A stretch of 64,000 nucleotides of DNA from Scyliorhinus canicula (Eukaryota), in the NCBI RefSeq assembly GCF_902713615.1, contig NC_052156.1, positions 72,941,631-73,005,630 of the forward strand. Reading direction: 5' to 3'. A program made the translations under genes and the position numbers. The notes under the pieces were generated by a model. That model ran no database searches. It was not told the origin of the DNA and was given only the letters and a program-made list of their open reading frames with translations. Below, piece by piece: positions 48,107 to 61,713 of this stretch. Position 1 is the first letter of the stretch; each line of letters starts with the position of its first letter.

Positions 48107-49731
48107 GGGGGTGGGGGTTCAACCCAAAGCAATTGGAAACACAGACCTCTACTCAGTGGTTACAGAAATGCAGTGAGAAAATGCTCTCCAATCATCAGAT
48201 GGGAGGAAATTGCTACCTGTTGTGTTCTGTGGTTCCACGAATGACGAAGATGTACACAGAACATACATGTGTTCAACCAGGACAATGACTTATGAAACCC
48301 ATGGAAAAATAACTAAAAGATTTATATACAGAGAAAGCTACTCAAATTCCTAGGGAGATATTCTAAATGCGACCATCCTGCTGTACGTCCCACCACCAAC
48401 TGCCTGGCTGCTTCTGTCACGTGACACCACCCGCTGGCCGGAGGTCATACCTATGATTTCATGCACTGATATGCAACGTAATACATATATACATTTATGC
48501 ATGTCTTCACATCACCACATCCCCCTCCCTCTGAAGGCATAGATATTTACAAATATAACTTTTAAAAATAACATGCCGGATTGGTTGAAACATCTGTTGT
48601 TACAAGTTCAGTCTGTCAGGCTTGCACCTTACTCTGGACCTCCTGGCTGAGTTGGTGCGAATATCCCATCTTCATCTGTTGTTGGTCGTTCCACATGCAT
48701 CACTGCGGATGCGTCCTTGACCACTGGCTCTGCTGGGTGGTTTGTGTCCTCTTCAAGCTTAGGATTGCACCCCAGCTCTCCCACTAGATTCAGCATGAAA
48801 GGCCGTTGCACTTGTTGTAAAGGTGTTTGGCTCCTTCACAGGAGTGAATCTTCCTCAGTGATCACCATAAATGAGTATGGATCTGCCTGTTGCAAAACCT
48901 TTGCCAGCTTTACCCATCCATTGCCGTTGGGACCCTCTAGTCGGACGGTGTTGAGCTTCCTTGTAGATCGATCATTAATCTCTTTCTGCTTCCTCTTTTG
49001 AAGAAACAAGTTCCTCTTAATTTGTCGATTTATGGGGGACCCACTATGGAAGGCAAGGTTGTCTGTAGCTGCCGGTTCATGAGCAGCTGTGCTGGTGACA
49101 GTCCATTTATGAGTGGCGCCAAACGATAGCTTAGACACACCAAATATATATCTTCCCAGCTATTAAGGGCCTTCTTCAGCAGCTGCTTCACGATATCTAC
49201 ACCCTTTTCTGCCTTCCCATTCGTCTGGGGCTAGAGCAGTTGTGCCTGAAGGCATAGCAATGAGCAAATCCAGTCCATTCGTGACTTTTGAAACACAGCC
49301 CACTTTCCGACATGACAATAGATGGTACGCCACGTTGGGCAAAAATCGCTTGACATGCTGGATGACACACCTAGCAGTCGAGTTTACCAACTGTGCAACC
49401 TCTGGATAGTTCGAGAAGTAGTCAATAACTATCAGATAGTCTATTGAAATGGAACAGGTCCTTGCTCACTTTCTGCCATGGACTTGCAATGATGTCCCCC
49501 ACATGCATCAACTCATTGCTTTGTTTGCAGAGAAATTTCTGACACTTGTCACAGTAGTCAACCATATCTGCAATGTCTTGGGTGATGCCAGGCCAATAGA
49601 TCGTCTACCTGGTCCTACGTTTGCACTTATCGATGGCTAGGTGCCCTTCATGAAGCTTCTTAAGCATGAGCGGCCTCAAAGAATGTGGGATGATGATTCT
49701 GTGCTGCCGCAGAAGGAGACCATTTGCCTCA

Positions 49732-52700
49732 GAGTACCCAATTATTTTTTCCAATTAAGCAGCAATTTAGCATGGCCAATCCAGCTACCCTGCACATCTT
49801 TGAGTTTTGGGGGTTGATGCGCTATCAATCATACTAAAGACTCGAATGGGTACGATAGAGGCTTTATTACAATTAGATGTTTATCCTCCGACTGCAGCTG
49901 GTAGAATGGCTGCTCAGGAGAACTCATGCATATTTATATGGCTCCTTGTGGGCGGAGCTAGCCAGCAGGGGCTACCGGCGAACCTGGAGTATAGGTACTA
50001 CTGTACATCCCCTAATAAAGGCACACACACAATTACACAGTGGATCACCACATTCACCCCCTGTTAAAAATGGGTCCGGCGGGGATGGCGTGAAACTATA
50101 TACAGAATTGTGAATTATTTACAGGGGGGAGGAAAAACAATGTGTCCATCTTGTAACCCGGTGCCCGTCAGAGGTTAAGTCTGTCCGGTGGTCTGACAGT
50201 TCGCTGGGAGCGACGTAACAGTGGTGGCAATGTCTGTACAGGAGGTGTCGGCGTCGGTGCTGCGGAGTTGGTGCTGGCCAGTAGCTGGATGACTCCGGGA
50301 GCGTACCGAAATCTTCCTCGTCCTCTAGCGTGGGCAGGGGGAGGAGGGATGGACCTGGTGGGGCTGGGAGCGCGGGTGGCATGTGGGTGGGGAGGTGTGT
50401 GGGAGTGGGAGTGGCACCCGAGGGAGCCAGGTCCCTGAGCGAGACCGTATCCTGGCGGCCGTCGGGGAACTCCACGTAGGCATACTGGGGGTTTGCGTGG
50501 AGCAGGCGTACCCTGTCCACCAAGGGGTCCGCCTTGTGGAGTCGGACATGCCTACGCAGTAGAACCGGCCCTGGAGCTGCAAGCCAAGTCAGGGAGCGAC
50601 ACCCCGGATGTGGACTTCCTAGAGAAGGTAAAAACACGTTCATGGGGTGTGTTATTCGTGGCAGTGCACAGTAGAGACGGGATGGAGTGCAGTGCATCCG
50701 GGAGGACCTGCTGCCAGCGAGCGTCTGGGAGGTTTCTGGACCGTAGGGCCAGCTGGACGGCCCTCCATACCGTCCCATTCTCTCTCTCTACGTGCCCGTT
50801 TCCCCGGGGGTTGTAGCTGGTCGTCCTGCTGGAGGCGATACCCCTGCTGAGCAGGAACTGACGCAGCTCATCGCTCATGAATGAGGATCCCCTGTCGCTG
50901 TGGATGTAGTCAGGAAAACCGAACAGAGCGAATATGGAGTCGAGGGCCTTGATGACGGTGCCAGACGTCATATCCGGGCATGGGATGGCGAATGGGAACC
51001 TGGAGAATTCATCGACCACACTAAGGATGTGTGTGTTGCGGTCGGTGGAGGGGAGGGACCCTTTGAAATCCACACTGAGGAGTTCAAAGGGGCGGGACGC
51101 TTTCACCAGGAGCGCGCGGTCTGGCCGGTAGAAGTGCTGCTTGCACTCCACACAGACCTGGCAGTCTGTGGTGACTGTCCGTACTTCCTCGAAGGAGTAG
51201 GGCAGATTGCGGGCTTTGACGAGGTGGTACAACCGAGTGACCCCCGGATGGCAAAGGCTATCGTGCAGGGCACGGAGCTGGTCTACTGGTGCGCTGGCAC
51301 ATGTACCTCGGGAGAGGGTGTCTGGGACTCGCTGAGGCGATACAAGATTTAGTAATTATAGGTGGAGAGCTCGATTCTCCACCACAAGATTTTATCATTT
51401 TTGATCTTGCCCTGCTGCATGTTGTTGAACATGAAGGCTACCGACCGCTGGTCAGTGAGGAGAGTGAATCTCCTGCCGGCCAGGTAATGCCTCCAGTGCC
51501 GCACCGCTTCAACGATTGCCTGGGCCTCCTTTTCAACAGACGAATGTCGAATTTCGGAGGCATGGAGGGTGCGGGAAAAGAATGCCACGGGTCTGCCTGC
51601 CTGGTTTAGAGTGGCGGCAAGGGCGACATCTGAAGCGTCGCTCTGTACTTGAAAGGGCAGTGTCTCATCTACTGCATGCATCCCGGCCTTGGCTATGTCG
51701 CTCTCATACGGGCGAAGGCATGTTGTGCCTCGGCCGTGAGGGGAAACTGAGTGGACTATATCAGTGGGCGGGCCTTGCCGCGTATTGTGGGACTCACTGG
51801 GCGTAGTAGGAGAAGAACCCCAGGCAGCGTTTGAGAGCCTTGGGGCAGTGGGGAAGGGGGAGCTCCATGAGGGGGCGCATGCGGTCGGAATCGGGCCCCA
51901 GGAGTCCGTTTTGGACTAGATAGCCGAGGATGGCCAAGTGGTTAGTGCTGAACACGCATGTCTCCTTGTTGTACGTGAGGCTGAGGAGAGATGCGGTGTG
52001 GAGAAATTTGACAAGGTTGGCGTCGTGGTCGTGCTGGTCTTGGCCGCAGATGGTGACATAATCTAAGTACGGAAACGTGGCTCGCAGTCCGTACCGGTCA
52101 ACCATTCAGTCCATTTCTCTTTGGAATACTGAGACCCTGTTAGTGACGCCGAAGGGAACCCTAAGAAATTGATAGAGGCGACCGTCCGCCTCGAAGGCAG
52201 CGTATGGATGTTTCGATTTGCGGATGGGGAGCTGGTGGGTTACGGATTTAAGGTCAATCATTGAGAAGACCCAGTACTGTGCAATCTGATTGACCATATC
52301 AGATATGCGAGGGAGGCGGTACGCGTCGAGCTGCGTGTACCGATTGATGGTCTGGCTGTAATCCACGACCATCCTGTGTTTCTCCCCAGTTTTAACCACT
52401 ACCACTTGGGCTCTCCAGGGGCTATTGCTGGCCTCAATAATACCCTCCCGAAGCAGCCGCTGGACCTCGGACCTGATGAAGACCTTGTCCTGGGCGTTGT
52501 ACCGTCTGCTCCTAGTGGCGACGGGCTTGCAATCCCTAGTTAGATTGGCAAAAAGAGGGAGGGAGGGTCAACCTTGACGGTCGTGAGGCCGCAAACGGTG
52601 AGTGGGGGTAGGGGCCTGCCGAATTTGAGGGTGAGACTCTGGAGGTTACGTTGAAAATCCAGGCCCAGTAATAGTGTAGCACAGAGATTGGGGAGAACGT

Positions 52701-54554
52701 ACAGGCGTAAACCGCTGAATTCAACGCCTTGCACGGGGAGGTTGACCACACAGAAACCTCGGATTGGGACAGAGTGGGATCCGGAGGCCAGGGAGATCCG
52801 CTGGTTGGCGGGATGGACCATGAGGGAGCAGCGCCTTACGTGTCCGGGTGGATGAAGCTGTCGGTGCTCCCGGAGTCTAGTAGGCAGGAGGTCGCGTGGC
52901 CGTTGATTAGCACCATCGTCGAAGCGGTGGCCAGGTTGAGAGGACGGGACTGGTCCAGCATCATGGAGGCAAGCAGCGGGCGGTCGTCCGAGGAGTCCGC
53001 AGCAACCCGTGTCCAGCGGTCCAGTCCCAAGGGGGAGACAAAATGGCAGCGATGGCGCCATCCAAAGGACCTGTGGGGGAGAAGATGGCGGCGCCCATGC
53101 AGTGCACGTTGCGGGCGCGGGACAAGACGGCGGCACCCACTGGCCGCATGTGGACCTGGGGGGGGGGGGGGGAAGAGGAGAAGATGGCGGCGCCCATGGT
53201 GCGCCCGTTGTGGGAGCGGCGCAAGATGGCGGCACCCACAGGCCGCATGTGGACCTGGGGGGAGAATATGGCGGCGCCCACTGGTGCACGTGGCCCCGGG
53301 AGCAGAGGATGACTGTGCCCATTGTGCGATCGGCTGGGGGGGGGGGGGGGGAAGGGAGCGAAATCAGGCGCGATAGCGGCAACTGCGCGGGCCTGGCACT
53401 CTGTCGCAAAGTGGCCCTTGCCGCAGGATTTGCAGGTGGCGGCGCGGGCTGGGCAGCGCTGGCGGGGTTGCTTCTGTTGGCCGCAGAATTAGCAGTGGAG
53501 ACCCCCACAGTGCGCGGTGTGGCAGGCAGTGCAGGCATATTGCGTAGGTGTGGCCCCAGACCGGGGGGGGGGGGGGTTGCGGGATCCATGAGGGGTAGGA
53601 TGGGTGGGCCGCGCAGCAAGCGGGGTAGGACTGGACATTACGAGAAGCGACCGTCATGAGAGCGCTAAAGCTTTCGCCTCTGTTAGGTCGAGTGCGGCCC
53701 CTCCCAGCAGTCGATGGGGTCCGATGCAACCCCCGTCACGAATGCATCACGCATGAGCAGATTAGAATGTTCCGTGGCCGTGACGGCCTGGCAGCCGCAG
53801 TCCCGTAAGAGAGGGATAAGGGCCCGCCAGAAGTCTTGAATCGACTCACCAGGTAGTTGTACGCGAGTGGCGAGTACATGCCTTACAAATAGAGCGTTTG
53901 TCTTCTGGATGTAGTTTTCTTTAAGGAGGTCCATGGCACCTGCGTAATTCGGTGCATCCTGTATCAGCAGGAACACGCTGGAGCTCAACCTTGAGTGGAG
54001 AACCTGGATTTTCTGAGCTTCCATCGGCTCGGGGGTCACTGAGTTGATATAGGCCTTAAAGCAAGCCAGCCAGTGATTAAAGTCCTTTCTGGCGTTCGGC
54101 GAGTGCGGATCCAGCTGCAGGCGATCTGGTTTGATCCTGATGTCCATGATGTGGAAAATCTAACTGTAATAAATTGATGCGGTATCAATCGTACTAAAGA
54201 CTCGAATGGGTACAATAGAGGCTTTATTACAGTTAGATGTTTATCCTCCGACTGCAGCTGGTAGAATGGCTGCTCAGGAGAACTCATGCATATTTATACG
54301 GCTCCTTGTGGGCGGAGCTAGCCATCAGGGGCTACCAGCGAACCTGTAGTACAGGTACTACTGTACATCCCCTAATACAGGCACACACACACACAGACAC
54401 ACACAATTACACAGTGGATCACCACAGGGGTGAAACCCACGCAGACACGGAGAACATGCAAACTCCACACGGACAGTGACCCAGAGCCGGGATTCGAACC
54501 CGGGTACTCAGCGCCTTGGGCAGCAATGCTAACCACTGTGCAACCGTGCTGCTC
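49732..54554 (-). mobile_element. HE1-type SINE inserted in Gypsy A and itself split by Gypsy B
   Basis: 13-bp TSD accatttgcctca at 49719-49731 and 54555-54567. The halves at 49732-49814 and 54432-54554 rejoin into a standard SINE. Confidence 0.9.
49815..54426 (-). mobile_element. Full-length, frameshifted Gypsy LTR retrotransposon 'B' (gag-PR-RT-RH-IN)
   Basis: LTRs at 54175-54426 and 49815-50052 differ by 10 substitutions plus one 14-bp microsatellite indel (manual count). TSD GGGGT; PPT AACAGGGGGTGAA. Gag starts at 54147; LLDSGST; IDLKS, VPFG and YLD; QSDASD; VDF, SDRG and ERENG. Confidence 0.95.
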
Positions 54555-56464
54555 ACCATTTGCCTCACTGAGTTCCAACTGTACATTGTAGTATCCAGAG
54601 CAGGAACCTTTAAGCCACCCCTCTCAGACATTTGACCAACTTTTGCAGGACCGTATCTGCGACTGTTCCTGCCTTAATGAGACACAAAGTCTCATTGGAG
54701 ACTAGAAGCGACGGGATTGACATGAAGTTGAACACAGTCATCAACCACGCAACCTCATTGATTCCCGTGGTGTGTGAGAGAGAGAGAGCGAGAGAGCAGG
54801 TACTTGCCGGCGGTAAATGAGGCAACCCATACACAGTCATGAAATGTTTCTAAACCCGTAACTAGCCCAAGGAATTTCTTTTCAATCTGATCATACCGGT
54901 GCTCTGTTTCGGTCATTGCTCTCGACACATATGCCACCGGCAGCCAGCTGTCGTCTACACCCTGCTGCAGAAGTACTGCTCCAAGACCATCCTGAGATGC
55001 ATCAGTGGAAATCTTTTGTCTTCTTTGTCGGGTCAAAGAAAGCAAGGACTGGCACTGTCGTCAGTGAGATTCGCAGCGCATGCCAGTGTTCGTGTTTGGG
55101 GGACCACTGAAAAACTACATCCTTTTTTTTTAAAAATCGAGTCCAATAGCTGGGATGTTTTGGAGACCAGGTGAGGAATAAAACTGCCCATAAGGTTGAT
55201 CATCCCAAGTATGCGTAAGACACCTTTTTTGTCTGTGGGTCTCGGTATGGCTAGGATAGCTTCAATCTTTGCATCATCCGGCTGCATACCTTTTGCAGAG
55301 AGCCTGCCCCCTAAAAAGGTGATGTTACCAACTCCGATTTGGCATTTTATCTGATGGAGCTAGAGGCCATTCTTGCTGACCTTTTGTGGGACTCATCATG
55401 CTCCTCACGTGTGGAACCCCAGATTATAATATCGTCAACATACTCCTTCCACTACGTGCTCCATGGCACAATGAAAAATGTATGCCGAACGGTATTCGCC
55501 AGAAGCAGTAGAGCCCAAAGGGGGTGTTGAAGGTTCACAACCTTGTGCTTGCATTGTCGAGCTTAAGCTGCCAGAAATCTTGCGACGCATGTCACTCCAG
55601 CCATTTTGCACGTTATTTCTTCCCTCTTCGGGATAGGGTAGTGCTCCCTTTTTATGTTCAGGTTGAGATCCTTGGGGTCCATACATATCCTCAGTTCGCA
55701 ATTCCTTTATTTTACACACACCATGGAGTTGACCCAGTCGGTGGGCCTCTCCATGAGCCTGATGATGACTAAAGCCATTATTCTTTATAACTCGGCCTTT
55801 AGTTTGTCCCTCAGCAGTGCAGGCACATGTCTGGGCGCATGCATGACCGGCTTCACATTCTCCTTCAGCTGAATGCAATATATGGGGTAGGGTGCCAAAT
55901 CCTTGAAACACCTCCGCGTGGTTCTTCATAATCAATTCAACAGATATAATCGGCGGGGTGCCATGTTTCCTTCAGTGTACACCCTCTTGACGAGCCGGGC
56001 TCTTCACACGCCTCCACTTCAATGAGCAATTCGTGCTCTGTCTCCACTTGACGATACCATCCAGCATGTCCTGTCCTTGACAGTGACTTTGAGCTCACAT
56101 GCTCTTGGGATCATTTTTGGCTTGACGTTTGGTCGTCCCACCACTGACAATGGGATCAGATTGTCATATCAGCTCCCATATCAAGCCTACAGTTGATTGG
56201 CTTGCCATTAACCATTAGCAGGATTGTCCATCTGTCCTCCATGGTCCCCGCATTCGCCTCACTGTGGCTGCAAATTTTAAGAAAGGAATCTTTGCTTTGG
56301 CTGGATGAACCTTTTATGTCCCTTACAGAGATCCTGCTCACATCAACCCGGTCATCTATGCATTTGTCCTTATCCGCACTCCTCGCTTCTGTTCGGGTAA
56401 TTGTCAGACACAAGGTGAATTGCCGAGCAAAATGATTTGTTCTGCTATATTTGTGACAAACTAG

Positions 56465-56939
56465 TGTGGTGATATGCATCACTGTACATACACAAGGGGT
56501 TAATGTAAATACATGTAGACTAGCTAGATACTAGAGGGAGCACCAGAGACATGACACACAGGCACTCAACCAATAGGTCAGTAAGATAGGACATGACCAA
56601 TGGGCATTCACGATACACACAGAGGTGACATATCACAGGGGGGCATTACACCAACCCATATATAAAGGACACAGCACACATGATCTTCCTCCTTCCAGTG
56701 GAGACACTCAGTGAGTAGAGACACAGGGTTGATTCAATATCACACCCACCACATGATTGTAGCAGACTGGTTTGTCAGTCTGAGTAGCTATAGAAGGATC
56801 AACAGTCGAGGCAAACCTAAGTAAGAGAATTGTAAATAGTTTAATAAACGCGTTGAAGTTATCTCCACGTCTGAACCTTCCTTTGTCAGCGTACACATAA
56901 ATGAAGCCACTTATGCCAAGCCAAGAGCATAACAAGACA
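56465..56939 (+). mobile_element. Solo LTR inserted in the gag/protease region of Gypsy A
   Basis: TGTGGT...AGACA with CCAAT boxes, TATATAAA and AATAAA. TSD ACTAG at 56460-56464 and 56940-56944. Confidence 0.88.
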
Positions 56940-57338
56940 ACTAGTGCAGGACATCTTTGTGGCAAATGTCATTGAGACCACATTTCATTTGATGCTGCAC
57001 AACGGTGTGCTCAAAATGGCCACCCGCACGGAGATCCTATTTTTCGACTGCGTCACAGTGCTCTTAAAATGGCCGCCCACACCAAGACCACGTTTCTTTT
57101 TCGACTGCGTCACAGAGCTGATGGCACCAGCGCCTTCTCCAATCAACGTCTTTTAAACTGAGCTGCTGTGCAGCCAACTCACTTGCCTGACAGATCTTAA
57201 TGGCATTTTCTAATGTGAGGTTGTCTTCCCGCAACAATCTCTCACGAATGTGCGAAAGACTATTTGGTCACGGATCATCTATGACTGCAGCTTGTCAAAG
57301 TACAAGACTGGGTCTTCAACCTCAGATCTGTCGCAAAA

Positions 57339-57560
57339 CAGGGAAGCACAGTGGCTAGCACTGCTGCCTCACGGCGTCGAGGTCCCAGGTTCAATCCCGG
57401 TTCTGGGTCACTGTCGATGAGGAGTTTGCACATTCTCCTCGTGTTTGCGTGGGGTTCGCCTCACAACCCAAAAGATGTGCAAGCTAGATGGATTGGCCAC
57501 GCTAAATTGTCACTTAATTGGAAATAATGAATTGGGTATTCTAAATTTATTTTTAAAAAG
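57339..57560 (+). mobile_element. HE1-type SINE inserted in Gypsy A gag
   Basis: 12-bp TSD tctgtcgcaaaa at 57327-57338 and 57561-57572. Confidence 0.9.
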
Positions 57561-59949
57561 TCTGTCGCAAAATTATCGAACAATTCATTAGCTTTTTTGG
57601 TGCGCGTACAGGTATCTTTCAAATGTCTCGTTCTTTTTCCAGAGGACAGTGCCGATCGAAGTAAATAATCACCTCATCGTAGCTCCTGCTTCCCCCTTCG
57701 CTATCAAAAGCGAAGATATTGTAGATTTTGAGTGCTCGAGGACCTGCAATGCGACTCTCGTCAGGCTGTGGCTGGAGGCCAAGGGCTAAGACAGAGTCCA
57801 AACTACTGTTTGAAAACGTGCCAGTTTTTGTCTGCGTAACCCGAGACTTGAAGCTGTTGGGGTGCCTTTAAACCTTCCATCTCAGGCTTCACCATTGTTT
57901 GATGTGTCGAGTTACAAATAGCCGTAGTTCACCAGGTTGGCAGAGAAATTTCTTCTTTTTTTCTACCTTCGGCATGTTTCGCTTCATTTCGTCTGTTGTT
58001 ACCTTTAAACGTTCAACATGTTATGTTCTGTAGTTCCACGAACGATTAAGATGCACGCTGAACATATGTGTTCAGCCAGAACAATGATTTATTATGAAAC
58101 CCATGGAAAGATAACTAAAAGATTTATATACAGACACAGTTACTCCTGTTACACAAATTCCTAGGGAGCTACTCTAAATGCGACTATTCTGTTGTACGTC
58201 CTATCACCAAGTGCCAGATTGCTTCAGTCACATGATACATGTCTGATGCCACCCGCTGGCCTGAGGTCATACCTATGATTACATGTGCTGATTTGCAACT
58301 TTATACAATTACATACATTTGCGTGTGTCTGAATATCACCACACTACCTTATATATGTTTGGTCACAAGGTTGATGACTAATGACCACTCAGAGATTCCC
58401 ATCATGTATTTAAATGACCACATGGGAGGTCCTGAGCTGCAATGGGAATGTCCCTACCTCTGGATCAGAATTTCCAGGTTCAAGTCCCAGGCCAAGAATT
58501 GTTGGTCATGGAATGAATGTCTATGATGTCGTTCAACGGGCTGATAATATACCAGGAATTCATTCCACTACCTCCCCACTATGCCGGAAAGGTGGGGCGG
58601 GGAAGAAAAAGGTGTGTGTGTGAAGGTACAGGTGTTTTAAAGAAATAACCACCTAGTCCTATTTTGAGATTGAAAGCTCAGGATGGACTTCTGTTCTTGG
58701 TTAGTTGCGTACCTAACACATACAAGAAATCCATCATCACCATATTTAAGACTTTCTGTTCATCTCCCAAAATGTAGGACTACTCTGTGCTCTGCATATG
58801 CAAGAAGTCTTGGAGCATTTTAAAACAAGACTAGAGAAAAGCTGAACACTGAACACAGGGAATGCGGAGGTTAATTGAGAGGTTAGGATGAGGAACTGAA
58901 GATACACAATCAAAGATGAGGATTTTGAGGAGAACGTTTAAAGCAAGAAAGAAGGTGTACAGGCAAACGGGGGGGGGGGGGGGGGGGGGGGGGGGGAAAG
59001 AGAGACACATCCTAAGAACCCAAGTCAAATGATTTCCGATGTAGATTAACAAAAATCAAGAACACTCAAATTTAACCAACTAAACTGTACAGCTCACTCG
59101 AACACATCACTGTAACCTTCCTGACGTTTGGTCCAACCTAGCTCTACCTTTACTCATTTTCTAGATTACTTGAAACCACATGAGAGGAAACCCAGTCTCA
59201 GTGATATCTCCAGGATCCAGAGTGAGCCAGGCCACCTCATTAATTACCAACAATTCCCTGGAATAATGATGTGGACCTAACTGGTTCAGTCACAGAGTGT
59301 ACCACAGATAGTTGATTTAATTCTGCACTTCGTGACAAATAGATCACTTTCAAACCTCACATTTTTCCACATTATATTCCAACTGCCATCCTCTTGTCCA
59401 CTCATCAGGTCTGTCCAAAACCTCTTGAAGCCACTTTGTATCTTCCTCTCAACACACATTCTCACCTAGCTTTGTGTCACTTGCAAACTTAGAAATTTTA
59501 CATTTGATCCCCACATCTAAACCAAATCAACACGAGGTTGAAAACAAAAAGTCCGGAAAATTCCTCGTAAGAACAAAATCCAACCCTTTCTATTCTGACT
59601 CATGCAGAAACATCCAAAGCAACTAATCGACGTGCAGAGATAATTAGAAGAGCCAGTTTAACATATTAGCGAGGTTCCTGGGTACATTTTCAGACTCACT
59701 CAATCCCTCCTCCTTGTCTGGCAGAATGCTTCTTGCTCACTATGAATGTTTGGAATAGGTCAGCAAAGGCTTCATTAACAAGGTTAGCACTGCTAAGTCA
59801 GTGCACCAGCCGACAGCATGATCCTGGCTGGGTGAACATTGGAAAGCTTAAGAATGAACATTGGAAAGCTTAAGAGTGCTTTTCCCCTTCTGGCTTCACC
59901 TCTTCCACATCCCTCTGCTTCTCTGTGCTGGTAAATAGGGAAGAGGGGC

Positions 59950-60575
59950 TGGCATAGTGGCATTGTCACTGGACTAGTACCCGTAGTAATGCTTTGGGGA
60001 TTCTAGTTCTGATCCCACCATGGCCGATGGTGGAATTTGAACTCAATAACAATCTGCAAATAAAAGTCAACCAATGATCGTGAAACCTCTGTTGATTGTT
60101 GTAAAAACCCATCTGATTCACTAATGTCCTTTAGGGAAGAAAATCTTCCAACCTTACCTGGTTTGGCCTACATGTGACTTCAGATCCACAGCAATGTGAT
60201 TGACTCTTAATTACCCTCTGAAATAGCCTGAAGAGCCACTCATTCCAATGGAAAATAGGGATGGGTAACAAATGCTGGCCTCGTTAGCGACACCTACATA
60301 GAATATAGAACATAGAATAGTACAGCACAGAACAGGCCCTTCGGCCCTCGATGTTGTGCCGAGCAATGATCACCCTACTCAAACCCACGTATCCACCCTA
60401 TACCCGTAACCCAACACCTTCCCCCCCCCCCCTTTAACCTTACTTTTTAGGACACTACGGGCAATTTAGCATGGCCAATCCACCTAACCCGAACATCTTT
60501 GGACTGTGGGAGGAAACCGGAGCACCCGGAGGAAACCCACGCACACACGGACACACGCACATCCCATGAAAGAAT
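59950..60575 (+). mobile_element. Third-family SINE interrupted near its 3' end by a minus-strand HE1/CR1-tail SINE (about 60300-60558)
   Basis: The tail ...gcgacacctacat resumes as cacatcccatgaaagaat after the insert. Confidence 0.7.
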
Positions 60576-60836
60576 GTAAAAGAACGGACATGTGTTAACC
60601 CAGTAAACTCAAGCACTGTCCTACACTCTGGGATCCCCAAACCTTGGTTTTTGCCAACCTGTGAATAAAATATCTGGCAGAAGAGCCAGAGGTGTGATCA
60701 GGAGGCAATTGCTTAACATTAGGAGTAATGATGATCTAGAATGCGGTACCTGAAAGAGTGGTGTGGTGGTGGAATCCGATTCAATGGTAACATTCGTGGT
60801 GGTGGAATCCGATTCAATGGTAACATTCAAAAAGGA

Positions 60837-61055
60837 GGGGCGGCACAGTGGTCATCACTGCTGTCCCACGGCACCAAGGCTCGAGATATGATCCCAGCCC
60901 AGGGTCACAGTCCATGTGGAGTTTGCACATCCTCCCCGTGTATGCGTGGGTCTCACGCCCACAACCCAAAGGATGTCCAGGGTGAATTGTTCACGCTAAA
61001 TTGCCCCTTAATTGGAAAAAAAAAGAGAACTGGGTACTCTAAATTTATTTTAAAA
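60837..61055 (+). mobile_element. HE1-type SINE, poly(A)-tailed subtype, inside a CR1 3' fragment
   Basis: TSD-like flanks taacattcaaaaagga and taacgttcaaaaagga. Confidence 0.8.
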
Positions 61056-61713
61056 TAACGTTCAAAAAGGAATTGGATACATTTGAAAAGAAAAGATTTT
61101 CAGAGCTATAGGCAAAGGGGAGGAACAAATTGCACAGCTATTTCAAAAGATCCAGCACAGGCACGATGGGCCCAATGGAATCTTCTCCTGAGATTCTATT
61201 ATTGAGAGAGTGTGGGGTGTTTGTACAGGGAGAGACATATTGGACAACAGAAACTCTGCCTGTATGGGTTTCTCACTGGCTGGGATTGGAGGCTTTGAAG
61301 TATGGTGAGAGATTTCTGTGCATGTCAGACACCCAGCTGAATGGTACAGGGTTCAAACCCTGTTCCAGGCAGTTCTAGTTCTGGCATAGAATTCTGGGTT
61401 GACATTTGGTGGGGTAACCACTGGGCATGGGTGACTTCCCTCCCCGCCATCCCCTATGCCTCCACCTTTTATTACACTGGGTGTAAGAACCCGAAACCAA
61501 ACCTCTCACCATATAGGACTAGCCACCCAATTGGCTGGTATAAAATGGCCACGGCTATTGTTGGAAGATTCTGGTCATATCCGGTCAAATTGTTTGGATC
61601 CTTCCACCGCTGCCACATCTTTCTTCCCTGTTCTTAAAAGAAGTGCTCATCGTTCTCCAAATCAGTTGGAAACCTGAAAGGAGTTCCCAACCTGGTCACT
61701 TTGTGTAATGAAC

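Larger units (their letters stand above)
48218..58343 (-). mobile_element. Old Gypsy LTR retrotransposon 'A' (degenerate gag-pol), host of nested insertions
   Basis: Diverged LTRs at 58019-58343 and 48218-48519 (TG...CA), TSD CTACC at 48213-48217 and 58344-58348, and a PPT next to 48520. Gag starts at about 57880 (MEGLKAPQQLQ); protease LDMGAD; RNase H STDASQDGLGAVLLQ; integrase remnants at about 48900-49700. Confidence 0.88.

Noticed and set aside
47878-48244. ORFs spanning the N run
   Set aside because: Artefacts of the assembly gap.
59834-60828. 22-bp (about 59834) and 33-bp (about 60764) direct duplications
   Set aside because: Simple local slippage duplications with no sign of function.
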